A DNA stretch of 64,000 nt from a virus, in IMG/VR virus record IMGVR_UViG_3300002141_000156, positions 67,121 to 131,120 of that record, one strand, 5' to 3'. The position numbers were made by a program, and so were the translations under genes. The notes under the pieces are model-generated. The model was not told where the DNA came from, made no database searches, and was given only the letters and a program-made list of their open reading frames with translations. Shown piece after piece: positions 37,592 to 47,734 of this stretch (its first letter is position 1; every line of letters starts with the position of its first letter).

Positions 37592-37813
37592 ATGCCGAGA
37601 TTTAAAATTGGAAAAATTATTTTTGAAGACGGATCGACAACTGATGCGACCGTTGAATTTGAAGCAAGCAGCAATATCTCTATTATTAATGAAGATAAGG
37701 ACGGAGATGAACGTGTTGTAATCTTAAGTAAAACTGAATTAATGACTCTTTTCTATGCTTATGTCGGATGGGAACGCGGCGTTCAGGAATATAAAAAATT
37801 AACTGAACATTAA
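37592..37813 (+). CDS. Hypothetical protein
   Basis: 73 aa in operon. Confidence 0.55.
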   Translation: MPRFKIGKIIFEDGSTTDATVEFEASSNISIINEDKDGDERVVILSKTELMTLFYAYVGWERGVQEYKKLTEH

Positions 37814-37859
37814 TACTCGGTTGACTATAAACTTATTAGTATTTAAAAAATAGAAAGTT

Positions 37860-38090
37860 ATGAGTAAAGAAAACGACGAAAGAACAAGAACAGAAAAAGC
37901 AATTGGTGAAGCTCAATACCTTATGGAATCTTTTGATCCAGGTCCAGCAATGACCTATGGCTTTGATTTACCAACATACACACTAACCGCTGAACAAATG
38001 CAGATTATTGCTAGCGCTCTTTATTTGGCAGATGGTGAATTACAGAGCCTTAAAGGCACTCAATGTAAATGTCATAACACTCAAATCTAA
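37860..38090 (+). CDS. Hypothetical protein
   Basis: 76 aa. Confidence 0.5.
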   Translation: MSKENDERTRTEKAIGEAQYLMESFDPGPAMTYGFDLPTYTLTAEQMQIIASALYLADGELQSLKGTQCKCHNTQI

Positions 38091-38095
38091 ACATA

Positions 38096-38344
38096 ATGGG
38101 AAAAATAATAATTGAATTTGATTCAATAGAAGAATCACAGGATGCAAGAGTGGCACTAGATGCTATGAAATGGAAAATGTCTATGTGGGACTTAGATCAA
38201 AAGTTAAGAGGAACTACTAAATATGGAGCAAGTTTACTTGACGCATCAAAAGAAGCAACTGGTGAAGAGGTGAATATTGCAGAAAAATATAGAGAGATGA
38301 TTAGAGAAATACTTAATGGCTATAATTTAAACTTAGAAGATTAA
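38096..38344 (+). CDS. Conserved small phage protein
   Basis: IIEFD..EE..D...AL...KW...MWDLDQ.LR...KY pattern. Confidence 0.6.
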   Translation: MGKIIIEFDSIEESQDARVALDAMKWKMSMWDLDQKLRGTTKYGASLLDASKEATGEEVNIAEKYREMIREILNGYNLNLED

Positions 38345-38364
38345 ACTAATATAAAAATAAAGTT

Positions 38365-38520
38365 ATGAATAAAGAAGAAACAATCAAAATACAACAAGAG
38401 TTAATCGAAGTATTATACTCGCAAGTTGTAGACTTATCACTGATGTCTAAAATAGAATTAGGCGATGATGTAATTGCTGAAATTAGTCGATTAAAGGTTT
38501 TATTGCTACAAAATAAGTAG
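38365..38520 (+). CDS. Small hypothetical protein (51 aa)
   Basis: MNKEETIKIQQELIEVLYSQVVDLSLMSKIELGDDVI..., A-rich leader. Confidence 0.5.
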   Translation: MNKEETIKIQQELIEVLYSQVVDLSLMSKIELGDDVIAEISRLKVLLLQNK

Positions 38521-38532
38521 TACTATTACTTT

Positions 38533-38652
38533 ATGAAATATAAAATCGTAAAGTTTTTTGAAGTACGCATCGGCTGGTTTTTTATCAATGGTAGAAAACT
38601 TGAGACCTGGAATAAATATTTGCGTGAAAAGTATTTTACTGGTAAAAATTAA
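38533..38652 (+). CDS. Small hypothetical protein (39 aa)
   Basis: MKYKIVKFFEVRIGWFFINGRKLETWNKYLREKYFTGKN. Confidence 0.5.
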   Translation: MKYKIVKFFEVRIGWFFINGRKLETWNKYLREKYFTGKN

Positions 38653-38669
38653 TTAATAATACTATTTTT

Positions 38670-39059
38670 ATGAAAAACGAAAAACTATCAGAATTAGGTT
38701 CGAGGTTATTAGACTTGCCTCAAGTAATTGCAGACTTACAGTCAATTATTCTTAAGAAGACTCAAAAATATCAAGAGGTCACTAATGAGATTTTAAATAC
38801 TGAGATCGCTCTTAAGAATAAAATAAACTCTAAAGTTGATGACGCCGGAAAGAAAGTCTATTCTAATGCAGATGCGCGAGAAGCTGCATTTATTGAGATT
38901 ACAAGTAGTGATTTAGATCTTACTGAATTAAGAGATAAAACTGCTGCAATACAAAACGAGATTCAAGAACTGAAGATTGGTTTTGAGCGACTAAGTAGCG
39001 AACAAAAGAATACTCGATCGCTGCTATACTTCTTTGCAAACTCTAGTGATCACGAATAA
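38670..39059 (+). CDS. Coiled-coil hypothetical protein
   Basis: 129 aa with YSNADAREA motif. Confidence 0.55.
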   Translation: MKNEKLSELGSRLLDLPQVIADLQSIILKKTQKYQEVTNEILNTEIALKNKINSKVDDAGKKVYSNADAREAAFIEITSSDLDLTELRDKTAAIQNEIQELKIGFERLSSEQKNTRSLLYFFANSSDHE

Positions 39060-39081
39060 AAAATTTATTCAAATATAAAAT

Positions 39082-39600
39082 ATGAAGTTATTAATCTTAG
39101 GTCACGCAAGGCACGGTAAAGACACTGTTGGTGCAATATTAGAAGAAGAATTTGGATTGACTCATCTAGCAAGTTCAGAAGCATCATCATCAATTTTTGT
39201 CTTTGATATACTAAAAGAAAAATATGGCTATCGTGATATTGATGAATGTTTTAGTGATCGGGAAAATCACCGAGCTGAATGGTATGACTTAATTTGTGCA
39301 TACAACTCTTCCGATCAGGCAAGATTAGCGAAAGATATTATAAAGCGTGCCGATGTTTATATTGGCATGCGAAGTCAAGCTGAATTAGATGCATGTATTA
39401 AACAGCAGGTATTTGATGCAATTATCGGTGTTATAAATCCACGAGTGCCGCGTGAATCGCGCGAGTCTATGACAATTGATGTTGAAAAATATTCAGATTT
39501 GATAATTGCAAATATCGGCACACTTGAGGATCTTCGTGTGAGCGTAATCGATGCATATCACTACATTCATGAAAATATGGAACACCAAGGAAGAAGCTAA
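39082..39600 (+). CDS. Deoxynucleoside monophosphate kinase-like P-loop protein
   Basis: LLILGHARHGKDT P-loop; DR.NHR.EW; Y.GMR...E; N.GTLEDL. Confidence 0.75.
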   Translation: MKLLILGHARHGKDTVGAILEEEFGLTHLASSEASSSIFVFDILKEKYGYRDIDECFSDRENHRAEWYDLICAYNSSDQARLAKDIIKRADVYIGMRSQAELDACIKQQVFDAIIGVINPRVPRESRESMTIDVEKYSDLIIANIGTLEDLRVSVIDAYHYIHENMEHQGRS

Positions 39601-40003
39601 GCTTTGGATGGAATCTGAAAAGCTGCGTCTAAGAAAAGAGCGTGAGGATAACCGTCGCGAATATTGGAATAACCTTCCACCGGTTAAGAAGGTATCTGAT
39701 ATCCCCAGGTTGCCTTATTCAGAAGACCCAGAGGAATGGAAAAGCTTTTATGTGGTGAAACTTATCGAAGCTGGAGCGATCTCTAAAGGCCTCCTAAAGG
39801 ATGGAGGATGGTATATTGGAGATCACCGAAATGCAACAGTTGCCCGATGGTGCGCTGCTAAAAATGAGTTCGAATACTGGAGAACTAAATTTTCTTCAAG
39901 ATATATTGATAGCTGTAATCATTTTGAAGATGATAATGGTTATGCTCTTTTTGTTCCAATATGGGAAGCAACCCAAGATCAGTTCGAAAGAAATTCTGAA
40001 TAG
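39569..40003 (+). CDS. Hypothetical protein
   Basis: L.DG.WY.G.HRNA.VARW...F.YWR.KF...HFEDD.GY.LF.P; ATG at 39569. Confidence 0.6.
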   Translation: MKIWNTKEEAKLWMESEKLRLRKEREDNRREYWNNLPPVKKVSDIPRLPYSEDPEEWKSFYVVKLIEAGAISKGLLKDGGWYIGDHRNATVARWCAAKNEFEYWRTKFSSRYIDSCNHFEDDNGYALFVPIWEATQDQFERNSE

Positions 40004-40037
40004 TATAGCGGAAGATTCGCTAAAAATATATCATATA

Positions 40038-40553
40038 ATGAAACTATTAGAGAATATACATGGAACAGAGGCCAGCTTACAAATATTTAAGTGGCTGCAA
40101 TCTATTTCTGATTTTGAACAACACTTAAAATCTAGTTATTCAAAGGACAGATTAGAAGTTTGGTATGGTCTAGGTTCTAATTTACAATCAATAGTAGATA
40201 AAAGAGGTGCAGTTACTCAGTATTCAGCTCCTCCAGAGTTTGTTGCTGAAATAGGAAACAAATATTTACCTAAATGGAATTCAATTTTAGTATGTAAAGG
40301 AAATTCGCCAGATAGTAATACCTCAATTCATTGGCATAGAGATCATGGACATTTTTTTGGTCCGGCAGTAATGGTTAATTTTGGAAAGGCTGAGTATTCT
40401 CAAAAGCATTATGCACTGGGCATACAGAGCATGGATTTAACAAATGGAGATATTATTGAGATCAACACTAAATTAATTCATCAAGCTAAACAGATTTCTA
40501 AATTACGATATAATATAACATTTAGAGAAGTTAGACCTGAATACTCGATATAA
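40038..40553 (+). CDS. 2OG-Fe(II) oxygenase (AlkB-like)
   Basis: I.WHRD (HxD), distal H in LIHQ, RYNITFR; likely start ATG at 40038. Confidence 0.8.
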   Translation: MKLLENIHGTEASLQIFKWLQSISDFEQHLKSSYSKDRLEVWYGLGSNLQSIVDKRGAVTQYSAPPEFVAEIGNKYLPKWNSILVCKGNSPDSNTSIHWHRDHGHFFGPAVMVNFGKAEYSQKHYALGIQSMDLTNGDIIEINTKLIHQAKQISKLRYNITFREVRPEYSI

Positions 40554-40616
40554 TACTCAAGTTAAAGGAAATAGTCGACACCTAGTTAAGATAGGTTAGA
40601 ATACACTAGATGCAGA

Positions 40617-41102
40617 TTACCTGCCACCTAATAAAAAAGAAAGACCGTTTACTTGGATTAGGTCAAATAGAGGGTCAGTCGATCCAGCATAAATAGGAAT
40701 GCTGGTGGTTTGTGAAATAACTTCAGTCGTATCGTTATCTAAATTCAGTTGCATTGCAAATGGCTCGCCATAATAGCTAAATTCAAATGTTAAAAATGAG
40801 TCATCTATATTATGAGATAGTTCATCTGCGCCTGCATCTTCTAAAAAATCACTAATAGACTCAATACTATCATAAGTATTAACTCTGAATTGTTCTTCTG
40901 GAGTAAGTTCAAAATCTTTTAATTCGCCAAACTCATCAACATATGCTTCATTGATGAATTCAGCAAACGATAACACAAAAGACTCGGTAAGTCCTTTGCG
41001 TTTTGTTTTTGCAAATTTAGTTATTTCTTTCACCAGGTCTTGATTTTCTTTTTTAATTCCGGAGGCAACCGTCTTTTTATCATGCTGGTTATTCTTCAGC
41101 AA
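40617..41102 (-). CDS. Hypothetical protein with internal CTS-like motif
   Basis: LTESFVLSFAEFINEAY; acidic C-terminal part. Confidence 0.55.
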   Translation of the reverse strand: MLKNNQHDKKTVASGIKKENQDLVKEITKFAKTKRKGLTESFVLSFAEFINEAYVDEFGELKDFELTPEEQFRVNTYDSIESISDFLEDAGADELSHNIDDSFLTFEFSYYGEPFAMQLNLDNDTTEVISQTTSIPIYAGSTDPLFDLIQVNGLSFLLGGR

Positions 41103-43242
41103 TATATTTGCGTAACTTGTTTAGAATTTGTTTTTTTATTTTTTCACCACCAGCAAGTGATCCGGTTCCAACTGATTCAACATCGCCATCTAATGTATCA
41201 CCAGATTCATCCTCACTATATAATGCCATAAGTCGCTTTACTGAATTAACAGTGATTGGATTATCTAGGTCAGTGTCGTCCTCTGATTCACCGTTTTCAT
41301 ATTTTTGAATAATTGTAAGAATACTTTGTAGATTAGAAACGGTGACAATTCCGTCTAAATCATCAACTAGTGTATCTACATCGGATTTCATATCAGGATC
41401 CTTGTATTTTTTTTTCGTAACCGCGGGGTTCGTAGAAGCATGCCCGCAAGCTGTAGCAACCCCTGTGAAATCTTTAGCCGCAATTATTGCAGCAATGTTA
41501 TCGCACGTCCACTTTAGGGCAGTACCAACATTCGCGGTAATAAGGAACTTCTCATCTAATGTTGTCGTTGTTGATAACAGTGCTAGGTCTAAATTTTGTG
41601 CTTTAGCATAATTGTAAGCAGCAACTGTAGTAAAGTTTCCATCATTCCAAAAAATAAGGTCAGTCCAGTCAGTTTTTATCGTATACATAGTCCAGGTTCC
41701 ATCTGAATTTGTCCTTAAGGCCGCTCCAGGTTTCTCTGTAAGACAGCTAAACTTAGACCAATCAGTCTGGCTAGATGCAGGGGTCGCTTTTTTCTTATCT
41801 ACAGTGCCCTGGTTACCGGTCGATACCTTTCCAGAAGATCTGGCATTTGCTGCGGCAAAGTTAAATTGTTCAACTAATCGTTCAACTAATTGTCCACGTA
41901 ATCCTAAATAACTTTCTACAATTTTTTTATTTCCGGTCTGTAATTTATTTACTAATTCTGATGTAATAACTGTTCCGTCTTCATCTTTTAAGTCACACGC
42001 TATCTTTGCAAGTTCAATCATCGCTTCAGTAGTTGGTCCATAATTTCCATCTGCTCCATATCCTTTAAATTTAATAAAGGTTGGATTTGTTGCCATGCCG
42101 TCACTAAATTTATCAATAATTAATTGTTGTACTTGTTTAAGTACTGCATCACCTTTAGCAGCAGTAGCTTTTTTAATTCCGCCGTCTGGAAGTTTGATAT
42201 CTCCAGTAGTTACTTCTCCACCGCCGATCGCTTTAAGGAAGTCTTCCATTTTGAAATTAGCAGGAAGAGCTGGAGTCACTGGTGCTGGAGTCACTGGTGC
42301 TGGAGTAACTGGAGTCGGTACAGGTTGTGCTTCATTAATACGTTTTCCAGTAAATTTACGGTTACGTGAAGAGTTTTGTGCAGTTACTTCTGCGCTAGGC
42401 GCCGGTGCAAGTGCTAAAATTTTATCTACTACTTCTTGAGTAATTTGAGTACGTGGTTTTGCTCTACCGTATTTGTCTGTGAATGTACCTAGTCCCAAAC
42501 CTGCAATTATTCCTTTAACAAGTAAAACGGTACTATCACCAATCTTAGATGCTTCAAGTTCATCAGCTGACTTATTAATAAGCTCAAGTACTTTTTTGTC
42601 AGTAAATACTTTTGATGTAGCTAATCCAGCAACTAGCGCATCAATTGCTTTAAACAGTGGCATCTCAGCAGTAAGTTTAGAAAGATCCGCAATTAATACA
42701 GGAGCGGCTAATTTCACCATGCCAGCGGCCGTGGCAGCTGCAGGTGCTTCTGCTGTGCTATTTAAAAGACTCTTATCTGAATTTGCAAGCACGGCTTTTG
42801 CGTCTGGCGCTTGTGCAAGTTTTGCAGCAGCATCGTCAGATAATATTTTTGTTTCTGGAGTAACTCCTTTGAAACTTGCTCTCTTTTGAATTGAGAAAAC
42901 AATAACTTGTTTATTATCTGTTTCTTTTTTTACATTGTAAGTAAAAAAGCTATCTTTATAAAAAGTAGCAAGATCCTGCAATGCTGGATATTCGCGACTA
43001 AAATTAGTCAAATCGTGACCTTTAAGGAAAGCAACAATTCCATCCATTAGGGTTGGATCGATCGTGCCGTCTGCGCCAACCATATCACGGTCGTTTACTG
43101 CTTTTACTTTAAAGCTATTTCCGTCAAGGTATTTAACTTTAACCTTATGGTTAGTACCAGCGATAGGTTCAGTTTCAGTAATGTCCCAAAAAAGTCCTTC
43201 ATTAAGCTGTTTCCATTTTGCAAAATTTGAAATAATATACAT
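41089..43242 (-). CDS. Large multi-domain late protein with a peptidoglycan-binding-like segment
   Basis: Leader MYIISNFAKWKQLNEG; LKQVQ..I...GADGNYGPTT; PVTPA repeats; internal INEA/IVES/LVEQ sites. Confidence 0.65.
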   Translation of the reverse strand: MYIISNFAKWKQLNEGLFWDITETEPIAGTNHKVKVKYLDGNSFKVKAVNDRDMVGADGTIDPTLMDGIVAFLKGHDLTNFSREYPALQDLATFYKDSFFTYNVKKETDNKQVIVFSIQKRASFKGVTPETKILSDDAAAKLAQAPDAKAVLANSDKSLLNSTAEAPAAATAAGMVKLAAPVLIADLSKLTAEMPLFKAIDALVAGLATSKVFTDKKVLELINKSADELEASKIGDSTVLLVKGIIAGLGLGTFTDKYGRAKPRTQITQEVVDKILALAPAPSAEVTAQNSSRNRKFTGKRINEAQPVPTPVTPAPVTPAPVTPALPANFKMEDFLKAIGGGEVTTGDIKLPDGGIKKATAAKGDAVLKQVQQLIIDKFSDGMATNPTFIKFKGYGADGNYGPTTEAMIELAKIACDLKDEDGTVITSELVNKLQTGNKKIVESYLGLRGQLVERLVEQFNFAAANARSSGKVSTGNQGTVDKKKATPASSQTDWSKFSCLTEKPGAALRTNSDGTWTMYTIKTDWTDLIFWNDGNFTTVAAYNYAKAQNLDLALLSTTTTLDEKFLITANVGTALKWTCDNIAAIIAAKDFTGVATACGHASTNPAVTKKKYKDPDMKSDVDTLVDDLDGIVTVSNLQSILTIIQKYENGESEDDTDLDNPITVNSVKRLMALYSEDESGDTLDGDVESVGTGSLAGGEKIKKQILNKLRKYIAEE

Positions 43243-43314
43243 TTTTATGATTCTTTTTTTTATTTATCTACGTAAGATAGTCTAATTATACTCTAACCTG
43301 TAATATTTGATTTT

Positions 43315-43935
43315 ATGATATTTTCAAAAATTTATAAATTTGATACAACACAGTTAAATTTAGTCGGTATTTCAAAGATCCGAATACTTATGCCGTGGAT
43401 AGTATGTATCGGGCTAGGCTTCAGTGGAGGTCTAGGATATATGGTATGCTCAAACCATGAAAAAAAGATAGCTGCACCTGAATATGAAGAACTTGTTGTT
43501 CTAATAAATGCACATGAAAATACACTAATGAGCCCGATGGCAATCTACAAATATATGAAAGAAATTGGTATTAAGTACCCAGAAATCGTATGGTCACAGG
43601 TTGTTGTTGAAACAGGTTTCTCAAGTTCAATTAGTGTAGAAAATCATAACTTCTTTGGAATGAAACGAGCAGCATGTCGACCTAATGTGCAGACTGGTGT
43701 AAATTCCGGCCATGCAACATATGACAATTGGAAGATGAGTGTTATTGATTATGCTATTTGGCAGTCAAGCACAGGTGTCTGGAAATTAAAAACAGAGGCA
43801 GCTTATTTTAATTATTTGGATCAGAGATATGCAGAAGGTGCAAATTATGCGCTTAAAGTCAAAGAGATTCGAGATAACTTTGAAGTCTACCTAAATCAAT
43901 ATGAAAAAAGATATAGAGAAGGTCACTTAAAATAA
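43315..43935 (+). CDS. Membrane-anchored glucosaminidase (GH73-like)
   Basis: N-terminal TM; SQ..VETG, NHNFFGMK, Y..W..SV.DY, YAE..NY..K. Confidence 0.8.
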   Translation: MIFSKIYKFDTTQLNLVGISKIRILMPWIVCIGLGFSGGLGYMVCSNHEKKIAAPEYEELVVLINAHENTLMSPMAIYKYMKEIGIKYPEIVWSQVVVETGFSSSISVENHNFFGMKRAACRPNVQTGVNSGHATYDNWKMSVIDYAIWQSSTGVWKLKTEAAYFNYLDQRYAEGANYALKVKEIRDNFEVYLNQYEKRYREGHLK

Positions 43936-43946
43936 ATAACTTTGAT

Positions 43947-44690
43947 ATGTATGGACAAATATATAATTTTTGTAAAATTAGAAATGTCGGAACCATTTTT
44001 AAAAATGATCCAATTGAACCTACGCCTAGAGTAAAATTCTTAATGATGTTATTAAAGGCATATGGAGTACCATATGAACTTGATGAATTTCCAGTCGGTG
44101 AAACAACCGGATATAATTTAATTTTGCCTGGATCTTCAAATAAAATGGTAGTTGCACATCATGATGTGCATAATGCAGGTATAGATAACGCAAATGATAA
44201 TTCGTGTTCAGTAATAAATGCAATCGCAATAAAGCTAAGACTGCCCGACGTACCAGTAGTATTATTAGATGGAGAAGAATTTGGTGGGCTTGGTGCACAG
44301 CGCGTTTCAGATCAAATTAAAGACGGCAAATTTGGTTCAATTTCCTGGGTTCTTAATCTTGAACTGAGCGGAAAGGGCGGTCGTACTTTTTTTATAGGAA
44401 AATATCCTGGACCACTAAGTGATTTAATTGTTAGTCAATTTGATTGCCCAATCGTCAGAACTCCATTTAATGATTCAGTAATCTTTAGACGTAATGGAAT
44501 AGACTCTGTTGTAATTAATCCATTACCGATTCTCACAAATGGCAAAAAATCTCCAGTTAAATTTGGAGAGCATTATTTAGATCACGATATGTTATTTAAT
44601 TGTCATAGTAGTCGTGATTCAGTTTCAACAATTGATCCAGGAGACATGGAAGAATTTGTAGAAGAAGTAGTGCTAAAAATATTAAGTTAA
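43947..44690 (+). CDS. M28-family metallopeptidase
   Basis: VAHHD, ANDNS.SV, DGEEFGG.GA, LNLEL, C-terminal HS..D. Confidence 0.85.
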   Translation: MYGQIYNFCKIRNVGTIFKNDPIEPTPRVKFLMMLLKAYGVPYELDEFPVGETTGYNLILPGSSNKMVVAHHDVHNAGIDNANDNSCSVINAIAIKLRLPDVPVVLLDGEEFGGLGAQRVSDQIKDGKFGSISWVLNLELSGKGGRTFFIGKYPGPLSDLIVSQFDCPIVRTPFNDSVIFRRNGIDSVVINPLPILTNGKKSPVKFGEHYLDHDMLFNCHSSRDSVSTIDPGDMEEFVEEVVLKILS

Positions 44691-44691
44691 T

Positions 44692-44838
44692 GTGAAATAT
44701 ATTAAGCTATATGAAGAATTTGTTAGTGATGTAGATACTGAGCTTGAGGAATTAATTAGTTCTGTAGATACAGAGCTAGAAGAAATTACTGACTTATCGC
44801 ATGCGACAATTATTATTCATGGGTGGAATGTTTACTAG
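44692..44838 (+). CDS. Small acidic peptide with CTS-like leader (48 aa)
   Basis: GTG start, MKYIKLYEEFVSDVDTELEELISSVDTELEEI... Confidence 0.5.
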   Translation: MKYIKLYEEFVSDVDTELEELISSVDTELEEITDLSHATIIIHGWNVY

Positions 44839-44891
44839 TTATTAGATTAGTAGTATTATATCTATATACAAACAGTCTAAAACTAATAATC

Positions 44892-45536
44892 ATGAAAAAG
44901 TTAATCTTCATATTAGTTGCAATCACACTAAGCCAACCTGCATATTCTCAAACTACTACATTTTTACCAAAATCCGGTGAATTCTCTAAAGAATTTGTCA
45001 GACTTATCGATTCTGCTAGAGCTGCAGAATTTGGATTACAGGTAACAAATACATATAATAAAGTTTCACGCAAATGGGTTAACATATCGCATCCATTTAA
45101 CACACAAATTGATTCTGCTGCCTCTCTTGCATGTGCATATCATAATAATTACATGTTTTCTTTAGTTAAAGGTCTTGCACGAATTGACCTGATACTAACT
45201 CATACTGAAAAATCTAAAATAGATAAATATCCATATACTGGCACAGATACTTTACTTTACTCTTTTATAGATCGGTGTAATTATTTTTGTGGTACGGAGT
45301 TCAACACATATGGAGAATGTATTTGGGGAGGATATACCTTTCATAAAGGCTTTACAAATATTACATCACAAGGACTTGCAAAAGCAGCATTTGATGCATT
45401 TATGAAGTCAAAGGGACATCATGAAATATTAATGGGTCGTGAATATACTGGTATTGGAATAAATTTAATGGTTGATTCAGCTAGCGGTAAATGGTGGATA
45501 ACCTTAGTTACTGGCGAAAAAATAGCGAAGATATAA
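44892..45536 (+). CDS. Secreted CAP/SCP-domain protein
   Basis: Signal peptide MKKLIFILVAI; H..YM, GE.I, FMKS.GH..IL, GIG. Confidence 0.7.
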   Translation: MKKLIFILVAITLSQPAYSQTTTFLPKSGEFSKEFVRLIDSARAAEFGLQVTNTYNKVSRKWVNISHPFNTQIDSAASLACAYHNNYMFSLVKGLARIDLILTHTEKSKIDKYPYTGTDTLLYSFIDRCNYFCGTEFNTYGECIWGGYTFHKGFTNITSQGLAKAAFDAFMKSKGHHEILMGREYTGIGINLMVDSASGKWWITLVTGEKIAKI

Positions 45537-45549
45537 TCTTCGCTATTTT
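45519..45549. terminator. Bidirectional terminator between convergent genes
   Basis: aaaatagcgaaga-tataa-tcttcgctatttt. Confidence 0.75.
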
Positions 45550-45570
45550 AGGTTAAACAAAATAATATTT

Positions 45571-46992
45571 TTAGTTTGTTCCTAATGCATTACTTAAAAG
45601 ATGTGATAATCCATTAAATGGTCGGTTTGCTCCACCATGTCTCTTAATATATCCACCAGATTTCCATCCTCCAGACTTCTTTAAATATTTCGGACGATCA
45701 ATTGACCAGCCTCTAACTTTATCCAGCTTCGGATTTGTAGTTCCTGTATTTCCAACTAGTGCTAATGTAAATTGAGTTAATTGAAAGGTTGTAATCTTTT
45801 TTCCAGGTATAGGTACCGGTATAAGATCTGTTGTTTTTGCAGTAATTATAATTTTAGCAAACTGTCCAGGGTTTGGATATGTTGTAGTTACGCGCGTATT
45901 GTCATTTACACCACCAGTATCAGTAACTCGAGTATCGAAAGAAGGTTCAGCAATTTCAGCAATTCCTTTTGCTTTTAATCCAGCAACGACTGATGTAGAT
46001 AGTGCAAGTCCTCTATTTGTAGCTAGCGTATAATTAGATTCTGCGTGGGTTGCATAGTTTGTATCTTTTGCTCGAGTCGGCGGAACTGCTGAATACTCTT
46101 GTCCAGTTGGAGTACCGTCATTTTTATAAGTAGGCGTAACGATTCCGCCCCAATAATTACTAGCCGATGATATAATTTTAACACTAGTAATTTGAATTTT
46201 AGCGCCAGCTACAATATTATTCTTCTTAAGAGCCTCTTGGATAGCATTCCATACTATATCAGTAGTCACTTGAGAATTCGTTAAATCTGCTTTACCGACT
46301 GCAAAGGTAGTACCCGGTTGAGTATCACTAACTGGCAATGGAACCACAATCTTAATCGGTATACCGTCACTTCCAGGTGTAGACTTTGAATCTTTTCCGG
46401 GAGAAGTAGCGGTTGCTGATGTAAAGACTGGGACTCTTCCTTCTAGTATAGTTACTAGTTTATCAGGAAATGTGCTTGATACTGCTTTAAATCGTTTTAA
46501 TCTTTTTTTACCTTCTGAATATGATTCAACTAGGATACTGAATTGAGTATCTTCACCAGTTGCAAAAAGATCAATATTTTTTGTATTAATATCATCAAGT
46601 ATTTCTGAAATATTTTTGACAACCTTTTCAGCACCGTCAGTATCAATATATTTAAGTGTTCCGTCTTCACCAGAAATTGATGGAAAATCAATATGGATTC
46701 CAACATGGCCGGCAACAAATTTATATTTTTCTAACTCACGTAGAAATTTCTTTGGAAGATTTTTCCAATGGATAAATGATTCAACAATACCTTTCTTAGT
46801 ATTATCATCTGTTATTTTACCCATAATATTGATTTTCTCACGAGTATCAGTATTAATCTTCGTAACAAGTCCATTATATAGATCTACCTCAGTGGACGCT
46901 ATTTCAGATGCTCCGCTGTCTGTCGAGGTAGCCTCTTCTTCTGCCTGCTCATATAATCTTTTCCACTTTTCGTAACCTAAAAGAATTGACAT
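45571..46992 (-). CDS. Late protein with OmpA-C-like domain and CTS-like leader
   Basis: Leader LGYEKWKRLYEQ; F..GKADL...I.I.SSAS...N..LA.NR pattern. Confidence 0.5.
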   Translation of the reverse strand: MSILLGYEKWKRLYEQAEEEATSTDSGASEIASTEVDLYNGLVTKINTDTREKINIMGKITDDNTKKGIVESFIHWKNLPKKFLRELEKYKFVAGHVGIHIDFPSISGEDGTLKYIDTDGAEKVVKNISEILDDINTKNIDLFATGEDTQFSILVESYSEGKKRLKRFKAVSSTFPDKLVTILEGRVPVFTSATATSPGKDSKSTPGSDGIPIKIVVPLPVSDTQPGTTFAVGKADLTNSQVTTDIVWNAIQEALKKNNIVAGAKIQITSVKIISSASNYWGGIVTPTYKNDGTPTGQEYSAVPPTRAKDTNYATHAESNYTLATNRGLALSTSVVAGLKAKGIAEIAEPSFDTRVTDTGGVNDNTRVTTTYPNPGQFAKIIITAKTTDLIPVPIPGKKITTFQLTQFTLALVGNTGTTNPKLDKVRGWSIDRPKYLKKSGGWKSGGYIKRHGGANRPFNGLSHLLSNALGTN

Positions 46993-47012
46993 ATTGTAAA
47001 CTTTTTTATTAT

Positions 47013-47720
47013 TTATTCTGCAGAATAGATCGAATCTGCTAATCCAATACTAATCGTTTCTTCAGGTCTAAGTATTGTATCATAATTAAGTAATTGTACA
47101 AGAACCAGGCGCATCTCCTCTTTACGAACATCGCGTTTGGTAGCAAATTTATATTTTACTGGAGCTTTCTTTTGATATTCAAATTCGTTATCCCGATTCA
47201 CTATCTTTTCAAGAGCTGATTCAAGCTTAATTCCATGTTCCTCTTCATAGTTAAGCATACGTTCTAAATAAATATTTTCCATCTCATAGTTAACACGCTT
47301 TCCCTCGTCTGCCCATTTATATGCAATCTTAGCATGTGAATATTTGCCATCAGTTCCATAGTGAATCATAAATCTTGAGCTCGGCATCATTACTCGAACA
47401 TCTGCCGCCTGTAGGATAACACTGCCCATGCTCATCGCATGGCCATAAACTTTAATTGTGCAGTGACATGTTGATGATTTAATAGCATCATAGATTGCCA
47501 TACCGTGATACCAGTCACCTCCTGGGTTATTCATTATAATGACTATAGGTTTCATATTCTTTGATTCAAGAGTATGCATACCCTTTATTAGATATGCTGC
47601 CATCGAATGGTCGACGCCGGTTTCTGATTCATCTCCAAGGTATCCTGTACTGCCCATATAAATTGTTCGGGTGTCAGTGTCAATATTCAAATCAAACCAC
47701 TTATCTAAGTCTCGAGTCAT
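47013..47720 (-). CDS. clpP: ClpP-like serine protease
   Basis: MNNPGGD.Y.GMAIYD.I, G.AMSMGS.IL.A (catalytic Ser), R...PSSRFMIH (catalytic His), E.I.IGLAD.I. Confidence 0.9.
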   Translation of the reverse strand: MTRDLDKWFDLNIDTDTRTIYMGSTGYLGDESETGVDHSMAAYLIKGMHTLESKNMKPIVIIMNNPGGDWYHGMAIYDAIKSSTCHCTIKVYGHAMSMGSVILQAADVRVMMPSSRFMIHYGTDGKYSHAKIAYKWADEGKRVNYEMENIYLERMLNYEEEHGIKLESALEKIVNRDNEFEYQKKAPVKYKFATKRDVRKEEMRLVLVQLLNYDTILRPEETISIGLADSIYSAE

Positions 47721-47734
47721 TGTATTATATTATT

